63,734 nucleotides of DNA, filler included, from Octopus bimaculoides (GCF_001194135.2; 7 parts of 7 records of this genome joined end to end with filler, not necessarily neighbours in it); one strand, 5' to 3'; positions 26,700-40,214 are shown, numbered from the whole stretch's first letter. Program-made: numbers and translations. Notes: a model not told the origin generated them from the sequence alone.

Positions 26700-26995
26700 T
26701 TGGCTACCACACGATATCCTGCAGTGGGGGCATGTTCCAGGGCTTAATACACATATGGAACTCCTCTTTGTATGAGATCAATAGCGAAAGAAAAACAGGA
26801 ACTCGCCTCCACGGAAGGAAAAACCAGTAGCACCGATAGAGAGCTCCTTCAAATGCAGTCGCTGCATGCGTGACTGCCATTCCCGTGTGGGCTTCTATTG
26901 CCACAACAGACGCCGCACCACCATCAGCAGCTGTCACGATTTCTTTGGGCGCAGATCCATGGCTTCTTGAGACCGACTGATGACTACTACTAATA
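26700..26995 (+). mobile_element. RTE-clade LINE 3' end
   Basis: C-terminal zinc-finger-like FKCSRCMRDCHSRVGFYCHNRR followed by ATCCATGGCTTCTTGAGACCGACTGATG and an (ACT)n tail. Confidence 0.85.
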
Positions 26996-27191
26996 CAACG
27001 ATAATATAACTCGTGGATAAAAGATATCAGATTTTAACAGTAGATCACAACGTTGTGATCTACTATAAAAGTATGTTACCTTCCACCCCAGTGTTATATT
27101 GTCCTTATACATACATACATACATACATACATACATACATACATACATACATACATACATACATCTTTATGTATCGCGTACACTAGCAGAT

Positions 27192-27570
27192 GTGGAGGCG
27201 CAATGGCCCAGTGGTTAGGGCAGCGGACTCGCGGTCGGAGGATCGCGGTTTCGATTCCCAGACCGGGCGTTGGTTGCGTCTATTGAGTGAAAACACCTAA
27301 AGCTGCACGAGGCTCCGGCAGGGGATGGTGGTGAACCCTGCTGTACTCTTTCACCACAACTTTCTCTCACTCTTACTTCCTGTTTCTGTTGTGCCTGTAA
27401 TCCAAAGGGTCAGCCTTGTCACACTGTGTCACGCTGAATATGCTCCGAGAACTACGTTAAGGGTACACGTGTCTGTGGAGTGCTTAGCCACTTGCACGTT
27501 AATTTCACGAGCTGGCTGTTCTGTTGATTGGATCAACTGGAACCCTCGACGTCGTAAGCGACGGAGTGCC
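27192..27570 (+). mobile_element. SINE family C, full length with 12-bp TSD
   Basis: A box TGGCCCAGTGG (27204-27214), B box GTTTCGATTCC (27248-27258), direct repeat ACACTAGCAGAT at 27180-27191 and 27571-27582. Confidence 0.95.
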
Positions 27571-27708
27571 ACACTAGCAGATATTTTTATACATCGCTAT
27601 TCACAATGCGTTTCCAATTCTTTCTTACCTAGATGCCACGCAGTGGGACTGAGCCCAAAAGTACGTTGTTGCAAAGCGTGCTTCTTAATAATATAACCAT
27701 ACCTGATC

Positions 27709-27743
<35 letters not shown>

Positions 27744-28275
27744 TCTATCTTAAATATGAATTCGTGAACAATAGCGCCGTTGATTCTAGGTTTCCGATTG
27801 ACTAATCTCTGGTGCACTGCATTTCTAACGGTGAAAGTATGAAGGAGTGTATACCATTCATAATGTATACACAAATGCAGAACAGCACCAGCTGTAGAAT
27901 TTTATCTTAGAAATTTTTTTCTTTTTAGACTTAGTGCAGGAAAAACTACAGCATGCTCCGAATGACGTCAAAAGACTGCCAGACGTCGGTGTTTTGCCTT
28001 TATGAAGCCTAAACGCGGGTCCTCGAATTAAACCGAATCATCGATGTCTGACATCATTCAGAACATGATGTGCTTTAACCAATATATGAGTGGGTTTATA
28101 AGCAGTGGATTATTAAAGAATTTAAGTGCAAGCACAGTTGAAATGTGCATAGAGATGTAATGTGTACATCCGACGGGGCATGAAAATTCTAAAAACAAAT
28201 AACTAAAAATTTTATCTTATGTCCTATAGAACATTTCGCCCAAAAATACAGGCAGCAAAGAAGAATATATATATA

Positions 28276-28502
28276 TCATCATCATCATCATCATCGTTTA
28301 ACGTCCGCTTTCCATGCTAGCATGGGTTGGACGATTTGACTGAGGACTGGTGAAACCGGATGGCAACACCAGGCTCCAGTCTGATTTGGCAGAGTTTCTA
28401 CAGCTGGATGCCCTTCCTAACGCCAACCACTCAGAGAGTGTAGTGGGTGCTTTTACGTGTCACCCGCACGAAAACGGCCACGCTCGAAATAGTGTCTTTT
28501 AT
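28276..28502 (-). mobile_element. SINE/LINE-like 3' end with (GAT)n tail (family D)
   Basis: Minus strand GGAAGGGCATCCAGCTGTAGAAAC...GGACGTTAAACGATGATGATG; the 5' part is lost in an N gap. Confidence 0.7.
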
Positions 28503-29037
28503 NNNNNNNNNNNNNNNNNNNNNNNNNNNNNNNNNNNNNNNNNNNNNNNNNNNNNNNNNNNNNNNNNNNNNNNNNNNNNNNNNNNNNNNNNNNNNNNNNN
28601 NNNNNNNNNNNNNNNNNNNNNNNNNNNNNNNNNNNNNNNNNNNNNNNNNNNNNNNNNNNNNNNNNNNNNNNNNNNNNNNNNNNNNNNNNNNNNNNNNNNN
28701 NNNNNNNNNNNNNNNNNNNNNNNNNNNNNNNNNNNNNNNNNNNNNNNNNNNNNNNNNNNNNNNNNNNNNNNNNNNNNNNNNNNNNNNNNNNNNNNNNNNN
28801 NNNNNNNNNNNNNNNNNNNNNNNNNNNNNNNNNNNNNNNNNNNNNNNNNNNNNNNNNNNNNNNNNNNNNNNNNNNNNNNNNNNNNNNNNNNNNNNNNNNN
28901 NNNNNNNNNNNNNNNNNNNNNNNNNNNNNNNNNNNNNNNNNNNNNNNNNNNNNNNNNNNNNNNNNNNNNNNNNNNNNNNNNNNNNNNNNNNNNNNNNNNN
29001 NNNNNNNNNNNNNNNNNNNNNNNNNNNNNNNNNNNNN

Positions 29038-29200
29038 AATGCTCGAAATGAGGAGTAAATAAGCAGCCGACAACTGATGAAGAGACATTCTTTACGTTAA
29101 TTGTCCTGTTTTCCATTTGTTTCTCTCGTTGTTTGCGTATTCAACTCATTTGTTCTCGTATTTCATGTTGTTTACTGTTTGTGACGTCCTGTACCTATAT
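29038..29200 (+). mobile_element. Penelope-like terminal fragment
   Basis: GCTCGAAATGAGGAGTAAATAAGCAGCCGACAACTGATGAAG...GACGTCCTGTACC, homologous to 31100-31295 and 45170-45330. Confidence 0.5.
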
Positions 29201-29814
29201 ATGCGTGTATATATATATGCGCGCGCGCGTGTGTATGCATACGTATATTATTTATATTATATACATATACACATACATGTGTGTATATGTATGTATGTTT
29301 GTATGTATGTGTGTGTCTATGTATGTGTGTATGTATGTATGTATGTATGTATGTATGTATGTATGTGTGTATGTATATAGCAAGGCCGAATGGTTAGAAA
29401 GTTTGCTTTGAAACCAATGTGTGTGTGGCATTTTCGGGAGATGTCTTGGATCAACCCTAGCATTGAAAATTAAACTGAATGTGCGGAAACTGTTTGGAAG
29501 CCTCTCGGATAAGTTTTGTATATAATTCAAAGGTGCAACCCAGACAAATGTTGAGATGCTCATTCTGCCTGAGGGTTACGTTAAGAGTACACGTGTCTGT
29601 AGAATACTATTTGACATCACTATTTAATTCCAAATTGTAAGTCCTTTAGTTGATTGAACAACTGATTACTCATCGCCGAAATCGACGGAGGATCCAGTCA
29701 TCCCGACACACTTATCACTAAGCACCACTGCTTCCTTCCTCCAAACTACAAATCAGAATGAAATTTCTGTTACCAATATGAACAACTCACGTTATACTTT
29801 CAAAACCATTAAAG

Positions 29815-30162
29815 AAACAGTTGGCTTCAAATTTTGGCACAAGGTCAGCAGTGTCGAGGGAGAAGATAAGTCAATTATATCGACCCTAGTATTCAACTGG
29901 CATTTATTTTATCGACCCAGAAAGGGTGAAATCCAAAGCAGACCTCGGCAGAATTTGAACTCAGAGCACGAAGACGGACGAATTGCTGCTACGTATCTTG
30001 CCTGGCGTGCTAACGATTTTGCTAGCTCACCGCCTTACAGTAAATTAATATTAAAAGATGACAATAAATGACAATAGATGACAATAATGAATGTAAAGAC
30101 GGACGAAATGCTACTAAACATTCTGCCTGGCGTGCTAACGATTCTGCCAGCTGGCCGCCTTA
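29815..30162 (-). mobile_element. Two tandem SINE family B copies
   Basis: Two GCGTGCTAACGAT...CGCCTT heads (about 30000-30040 and 30125-30162) in the same orientation. Confidence 0.85.
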
Positions 30163-30174
30163 CACTAAAGCAAC

Positions 30175-30255
30175 TGATGGCCATTTTTGATGGCCATTTT
30201 TGATGGACATTTTTGATGGCCATTTTTGATGGCCATTTTTGATGGACATTTTTGA
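30175..30255. repeat. 13-bp minisatellite with a 39-bp higher-order repeat
   Basis: TGATGG(C/A)CATTTT x6 with variant order C,C,A,C,C,A. Confidence 0.95.
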
Positions 30256-30334
30256 AAAACTATCAAGTCATGAAGAGCGTAGATAATATCAAAGCAGCCT
30301 GTTACTAAAAAACCGAGAACTGTATGAAGGAGGA

Positions 30335-30425
30335 AAGTTTCTGGCTGTGGGGTAAGAAGCTTGCTTCCCAACCATATGGTTTCATTCCCACTGCGTGGCA
30401 CCTTGACCACGTGTCTTCTACTATA
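30335..30425 (+). mobile_element. SINE family A head fragment
   Basis: TGGCTGTGGGGTAAGAAGCTTGCTTCCCAACCATATGG...CTGCGTGGCACCTTG...GTGTCTTCTACTATAG. Confidence 0.8.
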
Positions 30426-30768
30426 GGCATCGAAATCTTAATTAAAGTGGCTTCATCATAAGTTTAGATCATAATGACTAGCACCACATTGCATAAGGTT
30501 ATCTAAGGTTATTAAGTACTAAGAAGGTGTAATAGTGCGTCTCTGGATTTTTAAGTTGTTTTGGTGATGTTTACAATCATCTTTTGTGTTCGTCTCACAG
30601 TTAAAAATAGCCTATCAACTACATATTTCTGTTTGTGTATGCTGTGTCAGAATGACCCCCTTTCACGCAGCATTTTTAGAAACGGATCTAGAACATTACC
30701 CGAGGTTTTATTATATATAAATGTGTGTGTTTATGCGTGTGTGTATATATATGTATATATATATATAT

Positions 30769-30868
30769 NNNNNNNNNNNNNNNNNNNNNNNNNNNNNNNN
30801 NNNNNNNNNNNNTTAATTAATTAANNNNNNNNNNNNNNNNNNNNNNNNNNNNNNNNNNNNNNNNNNNN
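30769..30868. other. Artificial scaffold-join spacer
   Basis: 44 N + TTAATTAATTAA (30813-30824) + 44 N. Confidence 0.9.
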
Positions 30869-30932
<64 letters not shown>

Positions 30933-31099
30933 GTGTGTGTGTGTGTGTATGCATGTGTGCGTGTGTGTGTGTATACATAAATGCATACAGTATCATCGCG
31001 ATGGTTACAGTGACAGAGTGGGGAGCTAGAGAAAAGTAAGTGATACAGCGAAGTTATGGATAAATGGATGTATGAATACGTATATGTTCATATATATAT

Positions 31100-31295
31100 A
31101 TATATATATGAACATAGATGTCGTAATTTCTCGATATGCGGAGTAGATAAAACAGCCGATAACTGATGAAGGGTCGTTCTTTATGTTACTCGTCTTGTTT
31201 TCCATTTGTTTCTTTTGTTGTTCGCAAAAAAAGTTTGTGTTCAATGTTTTCGTATTTCGTATTTCATGTTGTTTACGTTCTATGACGTCCTGTAC
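31100..31295 (+). mobile_element. Penelope-like terminal fragment
   Basis: GGAGTAGATAAAACAGCCGATAACTGATGAAGGG...GACGTCCTGTACCCATAT; same family as 29038-29200. Confidence 0.5.
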
Positions 31296-33089
31296 CCATA
31301 TATGCATATGTATATACGTATATAAGTATGTGTATATATGTACGTATGACTTGTCAATGACTGTTGGTTTGTTTACGTCTACCTAACTTTGCGGTTAATA
31401 ACAGGATTTTTTACTCACACAAATACATTATTGTTTTGAACTTATGTAAGAAGACATTATGTGTAGACAAATTTCGCCTTTTTCTTTATCGTTATTTATT
31501 TACGAAGTTCTCTTCGAAAAGACATGCTTGCGAAAAATAACAAATATTGTATTATTTTAATATTTTATTTGTCTCAAAGTTGAACTTTACAAGTTATAAA
31601 GTTAGCAAGAAAATAAAGTAGTTAAGAGGAAAATGTTTCGAATTTTTGACATTAGTCTTCTCCATGCATAAAGACAAAAACAAAGGAAAACTAAACAATT
31701 CTAATTTTGGTATTCAATATTATATTACTAAAATATATCAGCCATTTTAGTATTGCACTGATTCCAGAATATCAAGTTTAGTCAAATAACGATGCAGCTA
31801 TATTCATCACAAATGACACAATCTAATTTGATTACGTTCGGTTTTGTTGTACTTATGTAGCAGAGTTATCGATTTGTTAATGGTAAGTAAACAATGTTTT
31901 GTCGACGTCTGTAGACAATTTTTATGAAGTGTAGAAATCATTGTTTTATAGAGTTATAGTAAGGAGAATGCATCTTTAGCTATGAGGATGGTTTATTTAT
32001 TTCTCACCAAGCGATACTTAGTGTTGCGATATAACCAGTACAGCTATCACTGTATAGACTTGTTATGGACATCTCCACAAAATTCAATGTTAGATGTAGT
32101 CATACGAGTAGAAATGGCAAGGTACAGTTCCTACAAGTTTTCATCTTCAAAAAGCCTAATTGACAAGAGTAAGAGATCTTTTATTCTTGTCTGAAAGTCG
32201 GAGACACGTGTTTTCCGTAGAGCATAAAAAGACAATTCACTCACATGGTAACCACCCATACTGTACGATTTACAGCAGATAAATCTGGACATAACCATAT
32301 TGAGGTATAACGTCAACATATGTGCATGGGTGTTTGTGTGCATGCTTGTGTGCATGCTACGGTGGGTTAGTGTCCCTCTTCAATATATAGCCCAATGTAT
32401 TGTGATACGTATATGATTGATTGCAGTGCTTAATTGGGACTGTTGTGATTTTCAATTGAATAAACCAATGATATGTATGGATGTTCAAGTATGCATTGTG
32501 TATGCACCCAATGTATGCATTATAGCCGTTAGCATGTACCCTTTTTATGTGTTTTTGTGATTGTTTCCATTCGTTTGTGGAAATGTCAGCTTTTGTATTT
32601 TTGTGCTTGTGTATGTGTTGGGATGAGAATAATTTAAACATATATTGTTTTATGGAGTGCAGCTGTCGTATAGCTTCTATCTTCTTTAAGCAACATATAC
32701 CAGTGTTCCTCAGGATGTTGGTAGCCTGGCTCAAACTATCAAAATTTCCGAGATGTGTCTAGCAAGTGGAAGACATACATTAACCATTTAAGAACACACA
32801 AAAACTGCTAACAACGCTTATGCATTTATTATTTGATGTCGAAATTTTCGTCGAGCTAACTGCGACCTGGTCATTAACTGTTCCACTACAACATATTAAA
32901 TGCTGACTGAGAAATATTAAACGGGTGTCATTGAGGAGGTGGTCAGCTTTTGTTCTCCTTGAAATCTTGACTTCCCAGTTGTAGTTGTTTCACTTTTATC
33001 TATTATGTATATTTATTCCACTTTTCATAGGGACTCCGGGTTTGTAATTCGACTGCCATCATTCGAGAGGCAATTAGTATCATATGAGA

Positions 33090-33600
33090 GAGCAAAAATA
33101 TGACAAATTACAAAAGACTAAGTCATTTTAAACTGAAGCTTTAAATAACGCAAAGTGATATAATATCCTTTTTTTAAGTAGCAACAGCACTTTGGATCAG
33201 CATATCTTTCTTCGGATTGCACGAATGTACATCATTAGCTCCACGGATAAAGTTATCTACAGAAGATCAATTTTATTAGAGGCTGACGAGAGTAATCGCT
33301 CAACTTTAATGCATCAAGAAATTGAAAGAAGACAAAGCATTATTAAAATGGTTTCATGGTTCATTAAAGATTCAAAGTAGATAAGCGTTTGACAATCAAG
33401 AGCATTTTACCGCCAAGAGAAGAAAACGGGAAAACTCATCAGGTTCAAGTATATTACATAAATGCAGCTTATATAGAGAGCACTACTGGTTGCAAATTTG
33501 ATTTATATTTGAAATGATTATAACTTCATCTACAAACTATTTCATTATGGAATTTTCATGGCGTCATTATATGGTGTAGAAGCAAGATATGAATTTAATA
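33090..33600 (+). mobile_element. Highly degenerate pogo/Tigger (CENP-B-like HTH) relic
   Basis: Across frames: STLDQ..IAR..ISS, LEADESNR, QEIE/EDKALLKWF and HYGIFMASLYGVEA follow the order of Tigger N-terminal motifs; many stops. Confidence 0.4.
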
Positions 33601-34214
33601 AATGAGACCTTAATGTTAACTAGGCATTAAACGAAGACAATACATCAGCACAAAAACAGCGAATTGAGAATATTTAGCTGCATCATCAAGAATATTTGCA
33701 TCTATCTAGAATATTTAGTTGCATGAGAATGTATAGAAATGATGGCGGTATAATTTGTAGAAGAGGCGGATTAAGGCTATGAACTACGTGATTGAGAATG
33801 TCAATGATCATTTGAAAGCGATTTTTATCGTTGTTATTGTGAGAACCAAAATAATTTCATGATCTAATTTCGTGATCCAGTTTCAATTTTCGATTTCTTA
33901 CATTCACGTGAGACCTTTAATTGCCTTTCATAGTACTCATAATTATCCAATTAATTTGTGTTTCACATAAAACTATTAAAGCGGATGATGTTGCTATGGA
34001 ATATGTTTTCAATAGATTAATATGAAAAAGCGATATGTCATCTTTAGGTGGGGAATCTTGAGATACTGTAGGAGTTTTTAAAGTAACATATTATGAGTTA
34101 GTAGTATACCGAACAGTTGAATCTATCTATAAATTTTAGCAAACACTGAATATATAGGCGAATGTAAACATCACGGTTTATGTGTAGTAATCTGCAGGTG
34201 TATTCGGTAATGCG

Positions 34215-34660
34215 GTATATCACTGGTACTAATTTATTAATACGATGGGGCATAAAAACGTTAAGTATTACAAAAGTAGGGGAAGCATTTCATTGTATTA
34301 TGTTGTATTATTAGTGATATTTCTTGTAAAAGATTGTTGACTGTTATTTAACCGTATATATATAAAAAAAGTAGGATAATTGTATAGTGATGTAGCTAAG
34401 TGATCCATTTGAGACTATTAACTCCTAAAGGCAAGAATACACTGGTTGTTTCTTGGAGGCCACATGGGGCTAAAAGCAAATTGCTAATCCATATATCTAT
34501 CTGGTACTAACTACTGTTAATTCACTAATAATTCATTAATACAAAGTGGTATGAATATATTAAGTAATACTTTAATGGGGGATGCACTTCATTGTATTAT
34601 GTTGTCATATTGGTGATATTTCTTGTAAAAGATTGTTGATTGTTATTTAGCCGTATATTT
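34215..34660. repeat. Local direct duplication of ~150 bp (about 34215-34360 and 34495-34660)
   Basis: Shared TTCATTGTATTATGTTGT...TGATATTTCTTGTAAAAGATTGTTGA..GTTATTTA.CCGTATAT. Confidence 0.9.
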
Positions 34661-34879
34661 ATTTATCTATCTATCAATAAATAAATACTCTTAGCCACCA
34701 GTGCATTTCATTGCTCAGAGGACTACAACGCTGTTTAAACAGCCATGTTGTTGATTTTCACATTGATGAATGATAATATTAAATGCTTCACAGTCACAAT
34801 TTATTCCAAAAGTTTCATTTCACCAGTTACATCTATGTTTCGAGTTGGAGTTTAGTCCGTCTTTAAGATACCTTAATTT

Positions 34880-35215
34880 CTTACCGAATTCCTTCGATCC
34901 GTATAGATCATAGGCCATCAATGACATTTCACAACTGTTCTTGATTCTGGGCTGTCTTTTCTGCTCCTTTCCAGTTGGGTCTTCGCCTTATATCTTCCAT
35001 TCGGATTCTACTGTATTGCGTCATAGGTTTCTCTAGGGGAAGGTGTTCGTCTCCCAGGTCTTATTGGTTTCGAATTTTCATCAGCGCGTCTTTAAATTTT
35101 GTTCTTTTTTAACTACAGATGTTTACACCACGCAAATCCAATTTTTAACTCTGGGAATAGATAATCCATATTAGTTTCGCCTGTATCCTTTGACCTGTGT
35201 TGTATGATAGTCCCT
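34880..35215 (-). mobile_element. Degenerate RTE-like LINE 3' relic
   Basis: Minus frame NWKGAEKTAQNQEQL*NVIDGL* resembles the RTE C-terminal W..AE..AQNR..W...I.GL motif. Confidence 0.45.
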
Positions 35216-35542
35216 TACAAGATGAAAGGCAAAGTCGACCTCGACAGAATTTGAACTCAGAACGTAACGGCAGACGAAAGTATTTCGCCCGGCGTACTAA
35301 CGTTTCTTATTTTTTTACTGCCCACAAGAGGCTACAGACAGAGGGGACAAACAAGGACAGACAAACGGATTAAGTCGATTAGATCGACCCCAGTGCGTAA
35401 CAGGTACTTATTTAATCGTTCCCGAAAGGATGAAAGGCAAAGTCGACCTCGGCGGAATTTGAACGCAGAACATAGCGGCAGACGAAATACCGTTAAGCAT
35501 TTCGCCCGGTGTGCTAAGGTTTCTGCTAGCTAACCCGCCTTA
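35215..35542 (-). mobile_element. Two tandem SINE family B copies
   Basis: GATGAAAGGCAAAGTCGACCTCG..GAATTTGAAC occurs twice (about 35221 and 35430) in the same orientation. Confidence 0.9.
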
Positions 35543-36061
35543 AATGCTGAGAATATCGGTTTTTATTGGTTCATTCAAGGTATTTGTGCCCATGACGCTA
35601 AGAGGCAACCCGAGGTCGAGTAGTGATAGATTTGTTTAGATAGTCATGGTGCAAATATGAATCATATAATTACTACTACATTACCCAATAATACGGGGAA
35701 ATGTGATTGGAAACAAAATTGACTGCTATTTCAGGAAGGTCAAGCGACAACGCTTTGGAGCCGTCGTTGATATAGTTCGTTGATTTATTGGATTTGCGGC
35801 TACACCTGATGATGAGGTAAATTTCGTATTTAGTGTTACTCTGCAGTAGTAATTGTAGTAATTTTGGTGCAGGTGGTGATGATGATGGTGGGAGGTGATT
35901 GTGAGGGTAGTAGTCATGGTGGGAGTGGTTAATGATGGTGATGTTGGTAGTTGTGTTCACAGTCTTCGTTGGGGCTATTGCCCGTTATATTGTCATTTAA
36001 AAGTATGCTAATATATATGTATATATTATGCTAATATATATACGTATATGTATATTAAATA

Positions 36062-36111
<50 letters not shown>

Positions 36112-36289
36112 TACAGAGAAAGAGAGGGAGAGAGACACAGAGGGAGGGGAGAAAGACAGAGTCAGAGAGAAAGAGGCATATAGATAAATAGATAGACAGG
36201 TAGATAGAAGCATGAATATGTGTGTCTGTGTATTTATGTATATGAGTGTTTATATACATAGATTTAGATATATTTACATATATATATAT

Positions 36290-36393
<104 letters not shown>

Positions 36394-37334
36394 ATGTATG
36401 TATGTATGTATATATAACATTGGGATATTTCGTCATCCATTTTGACTATATTTACATTATTTATAGAATTACGGTTTTTAATACCCATAAGACTTGAATT
36501 TCTGATTAGATTTTAGCATTGCTAAACTGATTTGCAGAATAATTTCCTCAGATGCATTCGCTAACTGCACTCAATTACTTGTTTTCCCCAGCAGGCCTCA
36601 GAATTTTTAACCTTTAACCCCAGTAGTTCTTATTAGACCAACATCACTACACTAAACTACGATCGGCCACACATGTGACTGCAGTATTATTTATTGAGAC
36701 AAAAACAACAAATTAATGACAATTAAGTTAATCACTATTTGCACCGCGGGCAATTAATCTATGATAAACGTTTCTAATTTCATTAAGCAATGTTTTAGTG
36801 GAAGAAACCGTTTAGTCATTTTAATTTGCAAACATCTCTGTCAAAACACTTTGCTTATATCAAAAGCAAATCGTCATCAAATACACAAGTGATTCATGGC
36901 GCCATTTTGCATATACATGCGTACGTTCATACATACAAACATACATACATACTTAATACTTATATACACACACACACACATACATATATTCAAATATATA
37001 TATGTGTGTGTGTGTGTATGTATATGTGTATACGTATATGTATGTGTGCATATTTGCATGTATGTATGAAAAGTTGTATCTGTGTAAGTATGTATGCATG
37101 TATGTATGCATATGTATAAGTGAGTATATGTACATTATACATAGATATATACGTATGCATATATTATGGACACACGCGCATACATAAATGCATACATGCA
37201 TACAATTATACATACATACATGCCTACATATACATAGACATGCATGCGTGCGCGGAATTTGTGTAGATATACTTAAATATAAATAATTATATACATTTAT
37301 ATGCATGTATGTATATGTATATATATGAATGTAT

Positions 37335-37415
<81 letters not shown>

Positions 37416-38271
37416 NNNNNNNNNNNNNNNNNNNNNNNNNNNNNNNNNNNNNNNNNNNNNNNNNNNNNNNNNNNNNNNNNNNNNNNNNNNNNNNNNNNNN
37501 NNNNNNNNNNNNNNNNNNNNNNNNNNNNNNNNNNNNNNNNNNNNNNNNNNNNNNNNNNNNNNNNNNNNNNNNNNNNNNNNNNNNNNNNNNNNNNNNNNNN
37601 NNNNNNNNNNNNNNNNNNNNNNNNNNNNNNNNNNNNNNNNNNNNNNNNNNNNNNNNNNNNNNNNNNNNNNNNNNNNNNNNNNNNNNNNNNNNNNNNNNNN
37701 NNNNNNNNNNNNNNNNNNNNNNNNNNNNNNNNNNNNNNNNNNNNNNNNNNNNNNNNNNNNNNNNNNNNNNNNNNNNNNNNNNNNNNNNNNNNNNNNNNNN
37801 NNNNNNNNNNNNNNNNNNNNNNNNNNNNNNNNNNNNNNNNNNNNNNNNNNNNNNNNNNNNNNNNNNNNNNNNNNNNNNNNNNNNNNNNNNNNNNNNNNNN
37901 NNNNNNNNNNNNNNNNNNNNNNNNNNNNNNNNNNNNNNNNNNNNNNNNNNNNNNNNNNNNNNNNNNNNNNNNNNNNNNNNNNNNNNNNNNNNNNNNNNNN
38001 NNNNNNNNNNNNNNNNNNNNNNNNNNNNNNNNNNNNNNNNNNNNNNNNNNNNNNNNNNNNNNNNNNNNNNNNNNNNNNNNNNNNNNNNNNNNNNNNNNNN
38101 NNNNNNNNNNNNNNNNNNNNNNNNNNNNNNNNNNNNNNNNNNNNNNNNNNNNNNNNNNNNNNNNNNNNNNNNNNNNNNNNNNNNNNNNNNNNNNNNNNNN
38201 NNNNNNNNNNNNNNNNNNNNNNNNNNNNNNNNNNNNNNNNNNNNNNNNNNNNNNNNNNNNNNNNNNNNNNN

Positions 38272-38356
<85 letters not shown>

Positions 38357-39054
38357 CAGGCACACACTTGCACACACAAATATGTATGTGTGTTTGCGTC
38401 TGCCTGTGTCTGTTTGTGTATCTATATGTGGGAGCAAATTGCGTGTGCAATTAGGTGTGCGTTTTTGTTTTTGTGCCAGCAGTTTCATGCTTATGCAAAT
38501 GTATGTGATCATTAACTTTAAATATCCTGAATATATTCTTCATACTGTTATGAATTTCCGTTGTACACATATACATACACACACACACATAGACATACAT
38601 GCATACATACATACGCATACATACTTATATACATACACACACATATGTATATGTGAATATAATGTTTGTATATGTGCGAGTTAGTAGTGTGTATGTGTGT
38701 ATCGCAATTTTCTCCGCCTTCTTTTCTTGTATGTAACCTACGCACTCCCACTCCGCTTCCACAAAAGTGCTGAATCTCTATTTTTTTTTTTCGATCCTCT
38801 CTTCCTACAACTCACTGAAACCTATGTGATCTCCAATCAGTCTCTTTTCTCTCTGACAATATCGTTATCGATTTCGCTTCCCTTCATGTTTTCCTTTGCA
38901 TCACGCAACTCTTTCTTCTCCTCACGCTTTCTCTTTCTTTCTTCCTCTCTCTCTCTTTCTCTCTCTCTCTATCTCTCTTTCTCTCTCTCTCTCTCTGGTA
39001 TATGCTTTCTCTTTTTTTTTTATCTCTTTGCAACGCTTACATCATCATTTTCCG

Positions 39055-39230
39055 GTTAAGATGTAAGTGGATTACATCGACCCCACCAATGATCAACCGG
39101 TACTGATTTTATCAATCCCGAAGAGATGAAAAGTAACATCGACCCAGGCGAGATTTGAACTTGAGAACGTGAAGATCAACGCAATATCGCTAAGCACTTT
39201 TCCTGACGATTCTGCCAATTCGTCTCCTTA
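39055..39230 (-). mobile_element. SINE family B
   Basis: GGATTACATCGACCCC...GATGAAAAGTAACATCGACCCAGGCGAGATTTGAAC...GATTCTGCCAATTCG. Confidence 0.75.
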
Positions 39231-40214
39231 ACGTTGTTATCAGTAATGCTATGGAAAGTGAAAACCTCCCACGTGCATTCATGTGGATCTGGTATACTAA
39301 CACGATTTCAATGAAACTGATTCTGGCAAACCCACAGGAGATGAAACTTTTCAATATTGCCGAAACCCAAGTGGATTATGTTCCCTGTAACAATCTCAAC
39401 GGGAAATATATTCCCGTGGATAATATCAAATTTACAAAGTAGTTTCAAAGACCATCATTAAGTAGCACAACGCTTTGCGAATAAACCAAAAACATACAAG
39501 GGCAATCACATAGACTAATAACTTCTAGTTGAAAACCATATTTGCTACAATAGATCAGAAAGATATAGTCTGCTGTCTTCCAGAAGTTTAAAATTCATTG
39601 GAACATTTAGTCTGTTGCCACGTAAGATTCAGTTAATAATGCTGTTGTGTAAAGAAGTTAGATGTGGTTCAGCAACGGCACAAGATAAATAAATGGTTAA
39701 TCAGTTTATGCCGAATGTCATCGGTACTACTAATCTTACTGGATGTAGCAAAAAAGAGGATGCAGATATACAATATAAAGAATTACACTGATATCACCGC
39801 ACGTACGTTTTCTATTTAAAAAGACTTCAGTTTATGTAACACTTTAGCTTTGCCATGTGACTCACTAAATCACAAGTGCAAACACGGGCAGTTTCTGGAC
39901 CCCATCTTAGAGAATTCTGCTTTACTAATGGTCAATTTAACATAGGAAATCCTGAATGGAAAATCCCCTTCACCCCATTTGTCTCTGGATCTATGCTGCT
40001 GTTTGATAAAATAGTCGCATGTTCTGAAGGGCTGACATTACGAATATATATTATATGTCCTATGTATGTACGTATGTACGCATGTGCACATGTTTGTGTT
40101 TGTGTATGCATTTGTGTGTGCATGTTCGTGCGTCCGTGTTTGTGTGTGCGTGTGATAATTTTTGTAACTCAATACAGGGTGACGGCAGAATTGTGAGCGC
40201 GTTGGAGATTTTTG

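Noticed and set aside
27192-27270. tRNA gene
   Set aside because: A and B boxes are present, but the sequence continues into a SINE body with a TSD and no full cloverleaf; the same applies to the family A and B heads.
30175-30255. CRISPR-like array
   Set aside because: Contiguous 13-bp units without spacers, in eukaryotic DNA.
33182-33380. 66-codon open frame after a T-rich acceptor, as a host exon
   Set aside because: Better explained as part of the pogo/Tigger HTH relic.
39301-39390. HDFNETDSGKP...YCRNPSG resembling a kringle domain
   Set aside because: Motif spacing is far too short, the other cysteines and PWC are missing, and the frame is bounded by stops.
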